This document shows, piece after piece, positions 9,469 to 22,639 of a stretch of 64,000 nucleotides of DNA. The DNA is taken from the NCBI GenBank assembly GCA_038087875.1, contig CM075992.1:12216001-12280000 (forward strand), in the 5' to 3' direction. Source of the DNA: Malacoraja senta (lineage: Eukaryota). Within the stretch, counting starts at the first letter, position 1, and the number at the start of each line of letters is the position of its first letter. Position numbers and translations under genes: made by a program. The notes under the pieces were generated by a model, which saw only the letters and a program-made list of their open reading frames with translations, made no database searches and was not told the DNA's origin.

Positions 9469-12400
9469 ATTTTACTTCGGAGTCACGACAGTGATTCCGT
9501 GAAGAAGTCCCACCAGAGCGCATGCGCGTCATTACGTCTGACGCATTGGTGCACGGACCAGCGGGAGGACCGAGTTCCTCCTGTGGTAAGTAGTTTTAAA
9601 GTAATTTTAAACTCCAGCTAAGTGGGGAAACGTAGCTGTAGTAAGAAGTTGTTTTGCTGCGGTGCCGTGCTTTGTTGGTTTTTACAGGGCACCATGGTGA
9701 AGACGACCAGGGGGAGGCGAGCCGCTGGTAAAGCAAAGGAGAGCCGCGGGAGTGCGGTCTGTGAGCGGCTGCCTCGTACCCCTGCACAGTCGCCGACCGG
9801 GAGCGGGGCGACTGCAGACACAGTGGTACAAAGCACCAAAGCCAACGCCAGTCGGGCGTAAGGCCAAGGGAAAAGTCTGGGAGGCCCTCGGACTCAACTG
9901 AGTCGGGCTGCGACGAGTCCTGTATGGGCTGGATACCATTTTAAAACGGTTATCCCAAATGGAGAACCTCATACAGAGGTTGCTCCAGCAACGCACACTC
10001 CGGGGGAAGGAGTCGTGTGGGCGGCAGGCTGCAGAAGAGGCCGCGCCGGCAGCACCTGGTAGAGTGCTGCTTGATAGCACCCTCATGGATGAGGTGAATG
10101 CAGAGGGTAGGGTCAGCTAAGTTCTGAACCCGACTTTGACGGTGACTTGAAACCTAGCGAAGACGGCCGTTGTCAGAGGTCCATCTCTGGCAGCACGATT
10201 CGCTGTCCCTTCAGAGTCTGGAGAGACACTGGGAGATGAGCTGGCCTCCACGATATGGAGGCTGCTTGATAGCACCCTCATTGAAAAGGCGACTGCAGAG
10301 GGTCAGCTCAGTTCTGACCCCGACTCTGACGGTGAGTTCAAGCCTAGCGAAGACGGCCGTTGTCAGAGGTCTTATCACTGGCAGCACGATTCGCTGTCCC
10401 GTCAGAGTCTGGTACCGCCAAGAAACAGGAGACCCGGGAAACTGTGTGTTGCTGAAGGTGCCAGCAGTGAACCCGGTGATATGGAGCCAGGTGGGCGTGG
10501 GCATGAGTGCCCAGGAGATGAAGCTGCAGAGAATCCTGAAACTACTTGGCTCAGGAATCACGGGGTTCGCTAGAATGGTGGATGGAGGGCATCTGTCGGA
10601 GACGCAGCAAGAGGTACTAGGGTTGCTTTGTAGCACCCATTTTTAGATAAATTGTCCCAGGGAAAGTGCCATTCGGCCCACCATTAATCCCAAGGTTGCT
10701 GCACTCTGCCAGCCCAGCAACATACAGCCGGCCAACCTACTCTTCGGAGAGGACCTAGCCAAGCGTGTCAAGGAGATGGATGACGAGGCAAAGACGGTGG
10801 GCTACATCAAGCCACCAGCGGTCAGCAAGTTTCCCAAAAAGAAAGTACCTCTACAAACGAGGGACAGATTGGTCTGGACCAGGAACAAGTCGGCCGGCAA
10901 TGCAGATGCGCAGGTGGCATTCTGCAGCGGGAACACGGTCAAACGTCGGCTTTCCCGCCAGGGGCTGGGGACAACGCGATCCACCAGGTACCAAGGGGGT
11001 AGGTGGACCTGGTTCTCAGGTGCACATATCAAAATCTGGGGGTACATTACATCTGTTCCAGGATGAATGGAAGCAAATTACCTCAGCTCTGTTTATACTG
11101 AGTGTTATTCAAGGGTTTCGAATGGAGTTCAATCCAAATTGTGATTTACACATTCAGCATGTTCCAGGGAGAACTGTTCAGCTTTCATTAACAGAACAGA
11201 TGGAGGTTCAGACTGCGCTTGGAAACTTCTGTGCTAAAGGTGTAATTGGAAAGTCGGTTCACCAAACCCATCAATTTGTGTCTAATATTTTCCCAGGCCA
11301 AAGAAGGATGGGGGATGCAGTATAGACATTGTAAGATGGAATTGTCACTGCCAAGCAACTGGGTCAAGAGGATGCTATATGGCGACTCTAGAGCTTAAAG
11401 ATGCGCATTACTCAATGTCTGTTCATTTGCAGGATAAAGGATATTTGAAATTCACCTGGATGGATCAACTGTGGCACAAAATTGTTAAAACCTATAATAG
11501 GCAGCTGAGAGGCCAGGGTCAGGTGCTCATGGCTTAACTCAATGATATAAGGAAGGACATTATAGCCATAGAGGGAGTGCAGAGAAGGTTCACCAGACTG
11601 ATTCCTGGGATGTCAGGACTTTCATATGAAGAAAGACTGGATAGACTTGGCTTATACTCACTAGAATTTAGGAGATTGAGAGGGGATCTTATAGAAACGT
11701 ACAAATTTCTTATGGGGTTGGACAGGCTAGATGCAGGAAGATTGTTCCCGATGTTGGGGAAGTCCAGGACAAGGGGTCACAGCTTAAGGATAAGGGGGAA
11801 ATCCTTTAAGACCGAGATGAGGAAAAACTTTTTCACACAGAGAGTGGTGAATCTCTGGAACTCTCTGCCACAGAGGGTAGTTGAGGCCAGTTCATTGGCT
11901 ATATTTAAGAGGGAGTTAGATGTGGCACTTGTGGCTAAGGGGATCAGGGGGTATGGAGAGAAGGCAGGTACGGGATACTGAGTTGGATGATCAGCCATGA
12001 TCATATTGAATGGCGGTGCAGGCTCGAAGGGCCGAATGGCCTACTCCTGCACCCATTTTCTATGTATCTATATCTTGATTACAGGGGTATCCAAGAGAAC
12101 AGCTGAAGTAACTGGTGGTAGTTGTTAAATCCACTTTTTAAAGATTGGGCATTATCCATCCAGTGAAATCCAAATTAACACCTGACTATTTGGGTCACAA
12201 TTGATTCAATTAAGTGACTCTGCCCAGGGAGAAAGTGTAGAGCTAATTGACAGCTGTATCAAGCTAATGGAGGCACTAAGGATACATTCGGGTCATTATA
12301 ATCGACCCATGCAGTTATCAGCAGAGGCTGTTTCTGATTTGCAATGGTGGATTCACCATGTGTCCAGCAGTTTACCAAGGTAGTGCTTGAGCAGCCTCCC

Positions 12401-14388
12401 ATGATTTTGCAGATGAATGTCAGTGCACTCGGGTGGGGTGTCACGGATACGAGTGTCAGCTGTGGAGGCAGATGGACTGAGCAAGAGGCATCGCTTCTGC
12501 AGACATAGGGAATTAACTATTAAGAGCTTTTTATGGATAAGGCTTATTGCTCTAACAAAGGTAACTGCATGTTCAGTTTCAGATTTACAATACTACGGCA
12601 GTGGCATATATATTATTCACATCGGTGGAATCAAGTCGGTATCTTGTGACAGATTGGCTAATCAAATTTGGGCCTGGTGCATTGAAAAAGATATTTGGTT
12701 TTCAGCTATTTATCTACCAGGTAGATTCAACATAGTAGCAGACGCCAAGTCACGAAAGTTCCATGACAACACAGATTGGATCTTGAACCAGGAGGTGTTC
12801 AATAATATAGTACTTGTATATGAATGCCAGATTTCGATTTGTTTTGCATCGAGGTTTAACCACCAGCTGCCTAAATATGTTTCATGGGAACCAGACCAGG
12901 GGGAGGTGCAATTGATGCTTTCTCGCTACATTGGGGTGGTATGTTTTTATATATTTTCCCACCTCACTGCAGCCTGGAGAAAGAGTACTCAAAAGCGGTA
13001 TATTACTTATGTAAAAAAATGGGAGCAATATTGTGTACAAAATAATATTGACTATAGTACTGCAGGTATTGTGGATGTTTTAGAGTTCCTGTCGACACTC
13101 TACAATGATGAGGGGCTCAGTTATAGTTCCATTAATACAGCTTTAAGTGCTTTGTTTGGTTTTGATGCGGTCAGGAAAAGATCCTATAGGGTTTTCATCA
13201 TCTCATAGATCGATTGATGAAAGGAATTTCAACTCTAAACCTCCTAAACCCAGGTATATGGTGATCTGGGATGTAAGTGTGGTCCTCAAGATGCTTCGAC
13301 AGTGGGTTCCTGTCACGTCTCTGAATTGACAAAACTAACCATGAAGGTGGTCATGCTCATGGCATTGGTTCAGCATAGCGAGTACAGATTTTGCAAAAGC
13401 TTCAGCTAGACAGGATGGAAGTGGCTGAAGAGAATGTTATGTTATATATTTACGCCCTGCTCAAACAGAGCAGGCCAGGTGTCACAGGTTTTAAAATTGT
13501 GCTTTCAGCATAACCTACTGATCCATGTTTATGTGTAAGGACACATTTATTACATTATATTGTGGCTACAAGGACCTTAAGACATATGGAAATAGGATTG
13601 TTTATCAGTTACAAGAAACCACACAAGAGAGTGTCAGAGCAGACTAGCTCAAGGTGGTTAAAGCAAGTGTTGATTCAGGCAGGTATTAACACTGACGTGT
13701 ATACATCTTATTCCACTACTGCAGCAGCAAGGTCGGAGGCCAGGGCGATGGATGTTCCCATCGATCATATTCTTACAGGCGCGGGGTGGTCAAATGAATT
13801 GTTTTTACAACAAATTTTACCATTGGCCGATTGCCGATGGGGGGCTGTTTGCAAATTCAGTATTAAGTTCTGTTTAGTTTCCCCTAGGATAGAGGGGTTA
13901 CTGTTTGTTTTGATTATTCAAATCAATTGTTACTGCATGATATTCAAATTTCATGTTTAACGCATTATTGATTGTTTCTCATCCGAAGTCAATCAATGCA
14001 GTGAGAAGCCGGGATTTGAATCTGCGGCATAAAATCACAGAGCTTTGAACTCTTCACGGAATCACTGTCATGACTCCGAAGTAAAATAGTAAGATTAAAC
14101 GAGAACGTACCAGTTTGAAGTTTGATCTTTATTTTATGAGGAGTTATGTTGGTGATTACGTGCCCACCACGCCCAACCTTCTCTCTCATAAAGGTCATAT
14201 GGTAGTTCTCATGTTGCTGACCTTACTATGTTACTTCAAATATTCTGTTATCTGTGATTTCATACCACTGCTTTGAAGATTGACGCATATGCCCTCTGGC
14301 GGGACTTCTTCACGTAATCACCAACGTAAATTCTAATAAAATAAAGATCAAACTTCAAACTGGTATGTTCTCATTTAATCTTACTATT
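9469..14388 (+). mobile_element. DIRS1-type retrotransposon copy A (decayed gag-like ORF1, RT/RH, methyltransferase remnant, tyrosine recombinase)
   Basis: ATT at both ends; left ITR TTTTACTTCGGAGTCACG...; internal complementary region ~14051-14162; right ITR to 14388; YR remnants AAWRKSTQKRY...SYSTTAAA..AGWSN; CR1 inserted at 11549-12071. Confidence 0.9.
11549..12071 (+). mobile_element. CR1 LINE 3' fragment inside the RT of DIRS A
   Basis: ORF 11577..11981; nearly identical to the copy at 52855-53510. Confidence 0.95.
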
Positions 14389-14454
14389 CTTTGGCAATAT
14401 AACGATGTAGCTTATCATGCCAATAAAGTTGATATTGAAAATGATAATTACAAA

Positions 14455-15603
14455 GGACATTTATTATTACATACACCAAATGGTGTAGTGAAATTGGACT
14501 TGCCATTGCAGTCCAGAGCTCCTGGCTTAGGAAGCCTTTTTTGAGCTGTGTCTATCAGACACCTGTGGGAGCTACACCTGGTTCAGGGTGGCGTCATGGA
14601 AATTTCCGCTCACTAGAGGGGACTGTTGGAGATTCTTTTATAAGAAACTCCAACTATGTGGATATTGATAGAGCAGTCGAATCTCTGATTTAATGGGGAT
14701 ATGCTTCTTTTAATCAGATAAACGTAATTTGACTGTGAGAACACCTGGCAGGGTTGCAGTATTTCTCCCACTCTGTCCAGCGGACTATCGGGAAGAAGTA
14801 ACTCTGATTATAATGCCGGCTCATCCGAGTCATATGGGGGCCAGAGGCCTGAGGAAACAACACCTGGTACAGGGTTGTGCTCTATTTCCTCCCTGAAATA
14901 CTCCGTTGAGGCTCCAGAAGGGAGCAAGGACTCGGACTCACTAGCAAGTGCAACCTGTCTGGTAAGTATAATAAATAATGATCATTTATACCAACAGAGC
15001 GGATCTGCACAGCTAGTCCTGATTCGGCTCCTAGAGGGAGCCGCTTGGCAACCCCGAGTCAGGGCTAAGTCAAAGCCAAGTCTGTGGGACAAGTCCTATC
15101 GGACGATTTGGATCAAGGGGATTCTGTCCCCACATCTGTGCAGATGTGATTAGCCGTTTGTCTCAATTGGAACATCTGATGAATCAGATGGCGGCACGAG
15201 AAATGCTCCGTGTTACGGAGGCATGCACAGGCAGTTCAAGTCATACGCCTGTAGCAACTCCTGGCTCAGGGTTGCAATATTCCTCCCACTCGGAAGAGTA
15301 TCGGAGATGGTGCCAAATAATCTGCTCCATGTTATGGAGGCATGCACAGGCAGTTCAAGTTATAAGCCTGTGGCAACTCCTGGTTCAGGGTTGCAATATT
15401 CCTCCAACTCGGAAGAGTATCGGAGATGCTGACACAAAATATGCTCAGGTTTGCACTATTTCTCCCACTCTATGGGAATGTCAGAGATCAGTATGGAGCT
15501 GAATCTATGGAGCTGGCGGGCTCTTCACGTATTCCCTCACTTCAACTTCTCATAAAATAAAGGTCAAACTTCAAACAGTAAGTTCTCGTTTAATCTTTCT
15601 ATT
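14455..15603 (+). mobile_element. Internally deleted DIRS family D, copy 1
   Basis: Body similar to 19120-20210, with ~120-bp internal repeats; ends in the DIRS right terminus ...GTAAGTTCTCGTTTAATCTTTCT-ATT. Confidence 0.75.
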
Positions 15604-16429
15604 AATAAGCTTCCCTCCGTCCACCTTGTTTGATCAGCATGCACTTTTCTGACATCTTTTATGGCCTTTGAAAGTCCGTTGACTCCACTTTTAATAACAT
15701 TGCTTTTACCCAACTGTGCCATGACTTGTGATTGACATCAGTTGCATCAAACAAACCAGTCAGACAGGACATTATGGCAGGTTTGTTCCAAAATGCCATG
15801 TTCTACAGCCAGCGTGGCTTTTTATGTGGGAAATGAATGAGAGTTTTTTCATGAAGTCACCAAGAGGATTGATGGGGGTTAGGCAATGTTGTCTAAATGG
15901 ACTTTGTAAGGGCTTTGACAAGGTCCCACATGGTAGACTGTTCAGGAATCCAAGGTGAGCTGGCGAATTGGATGTTGTTAGAAAGGTACTGTACATGGAT
16001 AGGACAGGTTTGGAGGTATATGGACCAAACACGGGCAGGTGGAACTCACGTGGTAGTGACATGTTGGCTGGCTTGGGCAAGTTGAGCCAAAGGGCATGTT
16101 TCCATGCTGTATCACTCGATGACTGTATGACAAAATTGGCTTGGAAGACCTAGTAAAAGGGTAGTTGTGATGTGTTGATTTAGTTGCTTGTGGACTGTGA
16201 CCAGTGGAGTGCAGCAGGGAAAGTTGGTGATGGATCTATTGTTGTTCCTTATCGACATTATCAATATGAATATCATGTAGTTATTGCTGTTAGTAAATAT
16301 GCAGGTATCTCTAATATCTGTGATATACTGGGCAGTGAGGAAATGTATAGTAAGTTTACAAAAGGATCTCGGTCAGTTGGGAAGGTGGTCCAAGGAATGG
16401 CTAATGGAACTTAACTCTAGGACATAAAG

Positions 16430-16958
16430 ATAGACAATAGGAGCAGGTGTAGGCTATTCAGTCCTTCGAGCCAGCACCGCCTTTCAATGTGATCATGGCT
16501 GATCATCCCCAATCAGTACCCTGTTCCTGCCTTCTCCCCATATCATCTGACTCCACTATCTTTAAGAGCCCTATCTAGCTCTCTCTTGAAAGTATCCAGT
16601 GAACCTCCACAGCCCTCTGAGGCAGAGAATTCCACAGACTCACAACTCTCTGTGTGTTTTCTCGTCTCCATTCTCAATGGCAAACCCCTTATTCTGTAAC
16701 TCTGGCCCCTGGCTCTGGACTCCCCCAGCATTGGGAACATGTTTCCTGCCTCAAGTGTGTCCAAACCCTTAATAAACTTATATGTTTCAATAAGATCCCC
16801 TCTCATCTTTGTAAACTCCAGAGTATACAAGCCCATTCTCTCAGCAAATGACAGTCCCGCCATTCCGGGAATTAATCTTGTAAACCTACGCTGCACTCCC
16901 TCAATAGCAAGAATGTCCTTCCTCAAATTAGGAGAACAAAACTGCACACATTACTGCA
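16430..16958 (-). mobile_element. CR1 LINE 3' fragment
   Basis: ORF 16543..16947; may be the same element as 24422-25240, split by DIRS D copy 2 plus a deletion. Confidence 0.9.
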
Positions 16959-16960
16959 GG

Positions 16961-17238
16961 CGGTAGTTTATATATAGCCGCGGCTAGGTTAACGATCGCT
17001 GCTAAAGATAACAGCAGCCGGTGCTTTTGAAAATTAGCCGCGGCCACGGCAGCGAACGCTAGGTAAGCTCAGCTGCCATAGTGCCTACCAATTATTAAAC
17101 ATAGATGCTGCTGAAGCAGCATATGCTGTAGACCAGCATATAGTATGTGATCTATTTTTAGGGCAGTTATAAATAGAGCTGGCAGTTTTTTAATAGCGGT
17201 TGCTGTTCGGTCACGTTTGTGACTATCGCAGCAGATAG
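16961..17238. repeat. Hairpin-rich module, copy 2
   Basis: Colinear with 9198-9450; palindromes TAGCCGCGGCTA, ATGCTGC-TGAA-GCAGCAT, TATGCTG-TAGAC-CAGCATA, GTCAC-GTTT-GTGAC. Confidence 0.7.
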
Positions 17239-17393
17239 GACATTTATTATCATACACCATATGGTGTAGTAAATTTTGACTTGCCATTACGGCACAGAAT
17301 GGGGCTCCACTGGAGAGGGCAGCTAGTCCGAGTAATGCTCCGAAAGGGAGTCAGCCAAAGGCCTTTGGAGGCTACGCCTGGTTCAGGGTTGCA

Positions 17394-19090
17394 TAGAAAC
17401 ATAGAAACATAGAAAATAGGTGCAGGAGGAGGCCATCTGGCCCTTCGAGCCAGCACCGCCATTCATTGGCTGATCGTCCCCTATCAATAACCCATGCCTG
17501 CCTTCTTCCCATATTCCTTGACTCCACTAGCCCCTAGAGCTCTATCTAACTCTCTCTTAAATCCATGCAGGCCATCAGGTCCAGGGGATTTATCATCCTT
17601 CAGTCCCATTAGCCTACCCAATACTATTTCTATATATATATATATGCATGGACTTGGCCTCCACTGCCCTCTGTGGCAGGGAATTCCATAAATTCACAAC
17701 TCTCTGGGTGAAATAGTCTTAACTGACCTCCCCTTTATTCTAAGACTGTGGCTCCTGGTTCTGGACTTCCCCAACATTGAGAACATTTTTCCTGCATCTA
17801 GCTTGTCCAGTTGTTTTATAATTTTATATGTTTCTATAAGATCCCCCTCGTCCTTCTAAAGTCCAGTGAATACAAGCCTAGTCTTTTCAATCTTTCCTCA
17901 TATGACAGTCTCGCCATCCCAGGGATCAATCTGGTGAACCTACGCTGCACTGCCTCAATCACAAGGATGTCCTTCCGCAAATTAGGAGACCAAAACTGTA
18001 CACAATACTCCAGATGTGGTCTCATCAGAGCCCTATACAAATGCAGAAGAATCTCTTTACTCCTATACTGAAATCCTCTTGTTAAGAAGGCCAACATTCC
18101 ATTAGCTTTCTTCACTCCCTGCTGTCCCTGTAAGCCAACTTTCAGTGACCGGTGTACAAGGACGCCCAGGTCTCGCTGCACCTCCCCCTTCCCTAACCTA
18201 ACCTCATTGAGATTATAATCTGCCCCATTGTTTTTGCCGCCAAAGTGGGTAACCTCACATTTATCTATATTATACTGCATCTGCCACGCATCTGCCCACT
18301 CACTCAACCTGTCCAGGTCACCCTGCAACCACCGAACATCCTCTTCACAGTTCTCACTGCCACCCAGCTTTGTATCATCCGCAAACCTGCTAGTGTTGCT
18401 CCTAATTCCCTCTTCCAAATCATTAATATATATGGTAAACAGTTGCGGCCCCAACACCGAGCCTTGCGGCACTCCACTCGCCACTGCCTGCCATTCTGAA
18501 AAGGACCCGTACACTCCTACTCTTTGCTTCCGGTCTGCCAAACAATTTTCTATCCATGTCAACACCCTACCCCGAATACCATGTGCTCTAATTTTAGTCA
18601 CCAGTCTCCCGTGCGGGACCTTATCAAAGGCTTTCTGAAAAGTCTAGATACACTACATCCACTGGCATCCCTTCATCCATTTTACTTGTCACATCCTCAA
18701 AAATTTGCAGATTAGTCAAGCATGATTTCCCTTTCATAAATCCATGTTGACTTGGACTAATCCTTTTACTGCTATCCAAATGCCCCATTATTACCTCTTT
18801 AATAATTGACTCCAGCATCTTTCCCACCACCGAAGTCAGGCTAACTGGTCTGTAATTCCCCGTTTTCTCTCTCGCTCCTTTCTTGAAAAGTGGGATAACA
18901 TTAGCTATCCTCCAATCCACAGGAACTGATCCTGAATCTATTGAACATTGGAAAATGATCACCAATGCGTCCACTATTTCTAGAGCCACCTCCCTGTGGA
19001 CCCTGGGATGCAGACCATCAGGTCCAGGGGATTTATCATCCTTCAGTCCCATTAGCCTACCCAATACTATTTCTATATATATATATGCAT
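17394..19090 (-). mobile_element. 5'-truncated CR1 LINE
   Basis: ORFs 18624..19064 and 17834..18601 with RT motifs (GVPQGSVLGP, FADD); (TAGAAACA)n tail at 17394. Confidence 0.95.
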
Positions 19091-20553
19091 TCTATTTCCT
19101 CCCCTAATAACTCCATTGAGGCTCCAGCAAGTGGCTCCTGGCTTGTGAAGCCTTTTTTCAGCTGTGTCTATTAGACACCTTTGCAGCAATAGCTGGTGCA
19201 GGGTTGCGTCATGATAATTTCTGCTCAGTAGAGGGGACTGTTGGAGATCTTTCATAAGAAACCCCAACCATGTTGATATCGACAAAGCAGTCGAATCTTT
19301 GATCCAATGGGCCTATGCTTCTGTTTAATCTTATGAACAAACTATGTTCCATATACCAGAGGCATTGCAGACGGCTCCAGTAGGTTGCCTGTGACAACAC
19401 CTGGCAGGGTTGCAGTATTTCTCCCACTCTCTCTAGGGGAGTATTGGGAAGAGGTAACTCTGATTATAATGCCGGCTCATCCAAGTCATATGGGGGCCAG
19501 AGGCCTGAGGAAGTAACACCTGGTGCAGGGTTGCACTATATTTCCTCCCTGAAATACTCCAGAAGGGAGCAAGGATTCGGAGTCACTAGCAGGTGCAACA
19601 TGTCTGGTAATTATAATAAATAATGCTCATTTATACCGACAGAGCGCTGATCTGCACAGCCAGTCCCGATTCGGCTCCTAGAGGGAGCAGCTTGGCAACC
19701 CTGAGTCGGGGCAAAGTCAAAGCCAAGTCTGTGAGACAAGTGCGGTCGGACAATTTGCGTCAAGGGGATTCTGTCCCCACATCTATGGCAGATGTGATTG
19801 GCTGTTTGTCTCAATTCGAACTTCTGATGAATTAGATGGTGGCACGAAATATGCTCCATGTTACGGAGGCATGCACAGGCAGTTCGAGTCATATGCCTGA
19901 GGCAACTCCTGGTTCAGGGTTGCAATATTCCTCCCACTCGGATGAAAGTAGTGTTGGAGATGGTGCCAAATAATATGCTCCGTGATATGGAGACATGCAC
20001 AGGCAGTTCAAGTCATATGCCTGTAACAACTCCTGGTTCAGGGTTGCAATATTCCTCCCACTCGGAAGAGTATCGGAGATGGTGTCACAAATATGCTCCG
20101 TGTTACGGAGGCATGCACAGGGAGTTCGAGTCATACGCATGTGGCAATGCCTGGTTCAGGGTTGCACTATTTCTGCCACTCTAAGGGAGTGTCAGAGATC
20201 AGTATGGATCTGATTCCGAACACGACTCCGAACATGACTGTGCCTGAATCCCATGCTTTAATGCATGATATACGAGAGTCGCATAAGAACTGTCTGCTCT
20301 TGCCTCTAAAATTACTGTTCCCTCGGGGACGGGCAAGCCACTACAAGAGGAGTTGGCCAGCGGCATCAGCTATCTAACATCACACCAGCTGACGAAATGG
20401 CAAGCATGACAGACAGGGTCTGCAAATGGAACTTCGCTGAAGCTCCAACAAGCAAATCGACCCGGGTTCAGAGACGCTGGCAGGTAAGGTCTCTTTATTA
20501 ACCTCAGTAAAACTCCAAAATGGAGCAGTCTGCCAGCCCAGGTTTGGATTTCT

Positions 20554-21987
20554 TTTTTTTTTAAATATTTTTTTATTGGAGATACGTACACAACCTAGTT
20601 ACATCATTACAGTCTTACATTTTTAAATTGATAATATTGTCAATTATTATTACATTGTCTCCAATACCTTTTGCCTTTTAAAAAAAAAAACTAAATAGAA
20701 CTAAAGAGAAAGATGAAGTAAAGAAAGAAAAGAAAGAGAAGAAAAAAAGAAAAAAAACAACAACAAAAAAAAAAAAGAAAAAAGATAGTTAAAGAAGAAT
20801 GGAAAAATTTATTAAAATAGAAAACTTCATTCGAGATATATTCGTACATTTCTAAATATAGCATTTCATCCATTCTTTAGCCCGGGTGCTAGTCAGGTTC
20901 CTGTGCTGAACTGTTCTGACCCTTTAAGTAATCAATAAAAGGAGACCATGTTCCAACGAATAATTCCTGTTTGTCCAACAGGGAGAATCTGATTCTTTCC
21001 ACGTTTAAGGTCTCCGTCATTTCTATAATCCACATTTTGATTGTGGGGGTCGTAGGGCCTTTCCAAAATTTTAGAATTAATTTTTTTCCTGTTATTAAAC
21101 TATAATCAATAAAGTTTCTTTGTGTTGTTCTAAATGTTTGATTTAATTCTAATATTCCAAGTATTATTAATTTTGGATCTGGGTCCAATTGTGTGCTGGT
21201 TACTTTAGATATTATACTGAAAATATTTACCCAGAATTTTTAAATTTTTATACAGTTTGCAAACATATGAGATAAGGTAGCTTCTAAATGTTGACATTTA
21301 TCACATATAGGTGAGATATGTTGAAATTTTTTATGTAGTTTTGTTTTTGAATAATGTAACCTATGTATTACTTTAAATTGTATTAGAGAATGTCTGGCGT
21401 TTAATGAACATTGATATATGTGTTGCAAACTTTCTTCCCAAGTATCTTTCGTTATTATTTGATTTAATTCTTTTTCCCATGTTTGTCTGTGTAAGTCCGT
21501 CGATGGAATGTCACTGTCTAATAAGATATTATATATATAAGATATTAATTTTTCTGTATTAGGATGTTTGTTCCAACATTCATCAAGAATTTCTGAATTT
21601 CTAATTCGAAAATTTTGAGTATTCGATTTTACATAATCTCCAAGTTGAAGATATCTGAAATAATCATTTCCTCGAAGTCCATAAGTCTGTTGCAACTCCT
21701 GAAATGTCAGAAAAGTGCCTTCCTTGTAAAGTTGTCCCATATTTTTAATTCCATAATTCTTCCATTGTGTAAAACCCCCGTCCAACCATGAAGGCTTAAA
21801 CAAAGGGTTATTCACAATTGGAAGAAAAAGTGATAAATTATCTAATTTTAATGTCTTTTTTAATTGTTTCCAAATTCGTATAGCACTAAATATTATAGGG
21901 TTTTCCCTATAAATTTTTTTGTTTAAATTAGACGTAGCAAATAATATCGAACCGATATCAAAAGGTAAACAATCTTCCTTTTCCATT
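20554..21987 (-). mobile_element. 5'-truncated L1 (ORF2 C-terminus with Cys-rich domain)
   Basis: ORFs 21240..21986 (CDKC..HMFANC) and 20889..21188; poly-A tail; 11-bp TSD TTTGGATTTCT at 20543-20553 and 21988-21998. Confidence 0.9.
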
Positions 21988-22639
21988 TTTGGATTTCTGG
22001 CAGCATGGACTATCTAGTATTTTTTCACTGTCTCTGGGATAGATCAGGTTGATGCAGACACATTGGCAGGGTGCCTATGCATAGTAACCTCTGTAATTTC
22101 CAAGTAGGAACAGATTGGTTACCCTGGTTCACGGTAGACCATCATGGAATTGGCTGGCCATATGGGTCATATTGACCAGGGAAGCACTGCCTCATCATCT
22201 GTGACTGAGGTAATCAGGCTGCTCAGTAGAATGAAGTAGTTGAAGTCTCCCTCAACACATGTTTACATTTCTGCTCAGTTAGTAGAGTTGTCAGTTCATT
22301 GGAAACATCTTTGCCATTCTCTCTGGGACAGGTAGCTACCAGCACGAAGCTGGTCTGGCACATAATATTTGTATCTGACCTGCAGGTTCATGTTGTGAAT
22401 CAACAATGTATTTACAATAATCCGTAGGCTCTCAATACCAGTATTCCTGATTGAGTGGCGGGTTGATTGTGTTGTGCACTCTGGCAACTCAGACAAGTGG
22501 TTTCAGTCAGAGGACTGCGAAGCAATTCCTGATTCAGGCTTGCATTATGCTAAATTCCACTCTGAGGTAGAAGGCTGAGAATTTGTGGTGACTTTTATAG
22601 TCAAGAGTTGACAGGGAACTTGTATTCCCACATCAAGGG

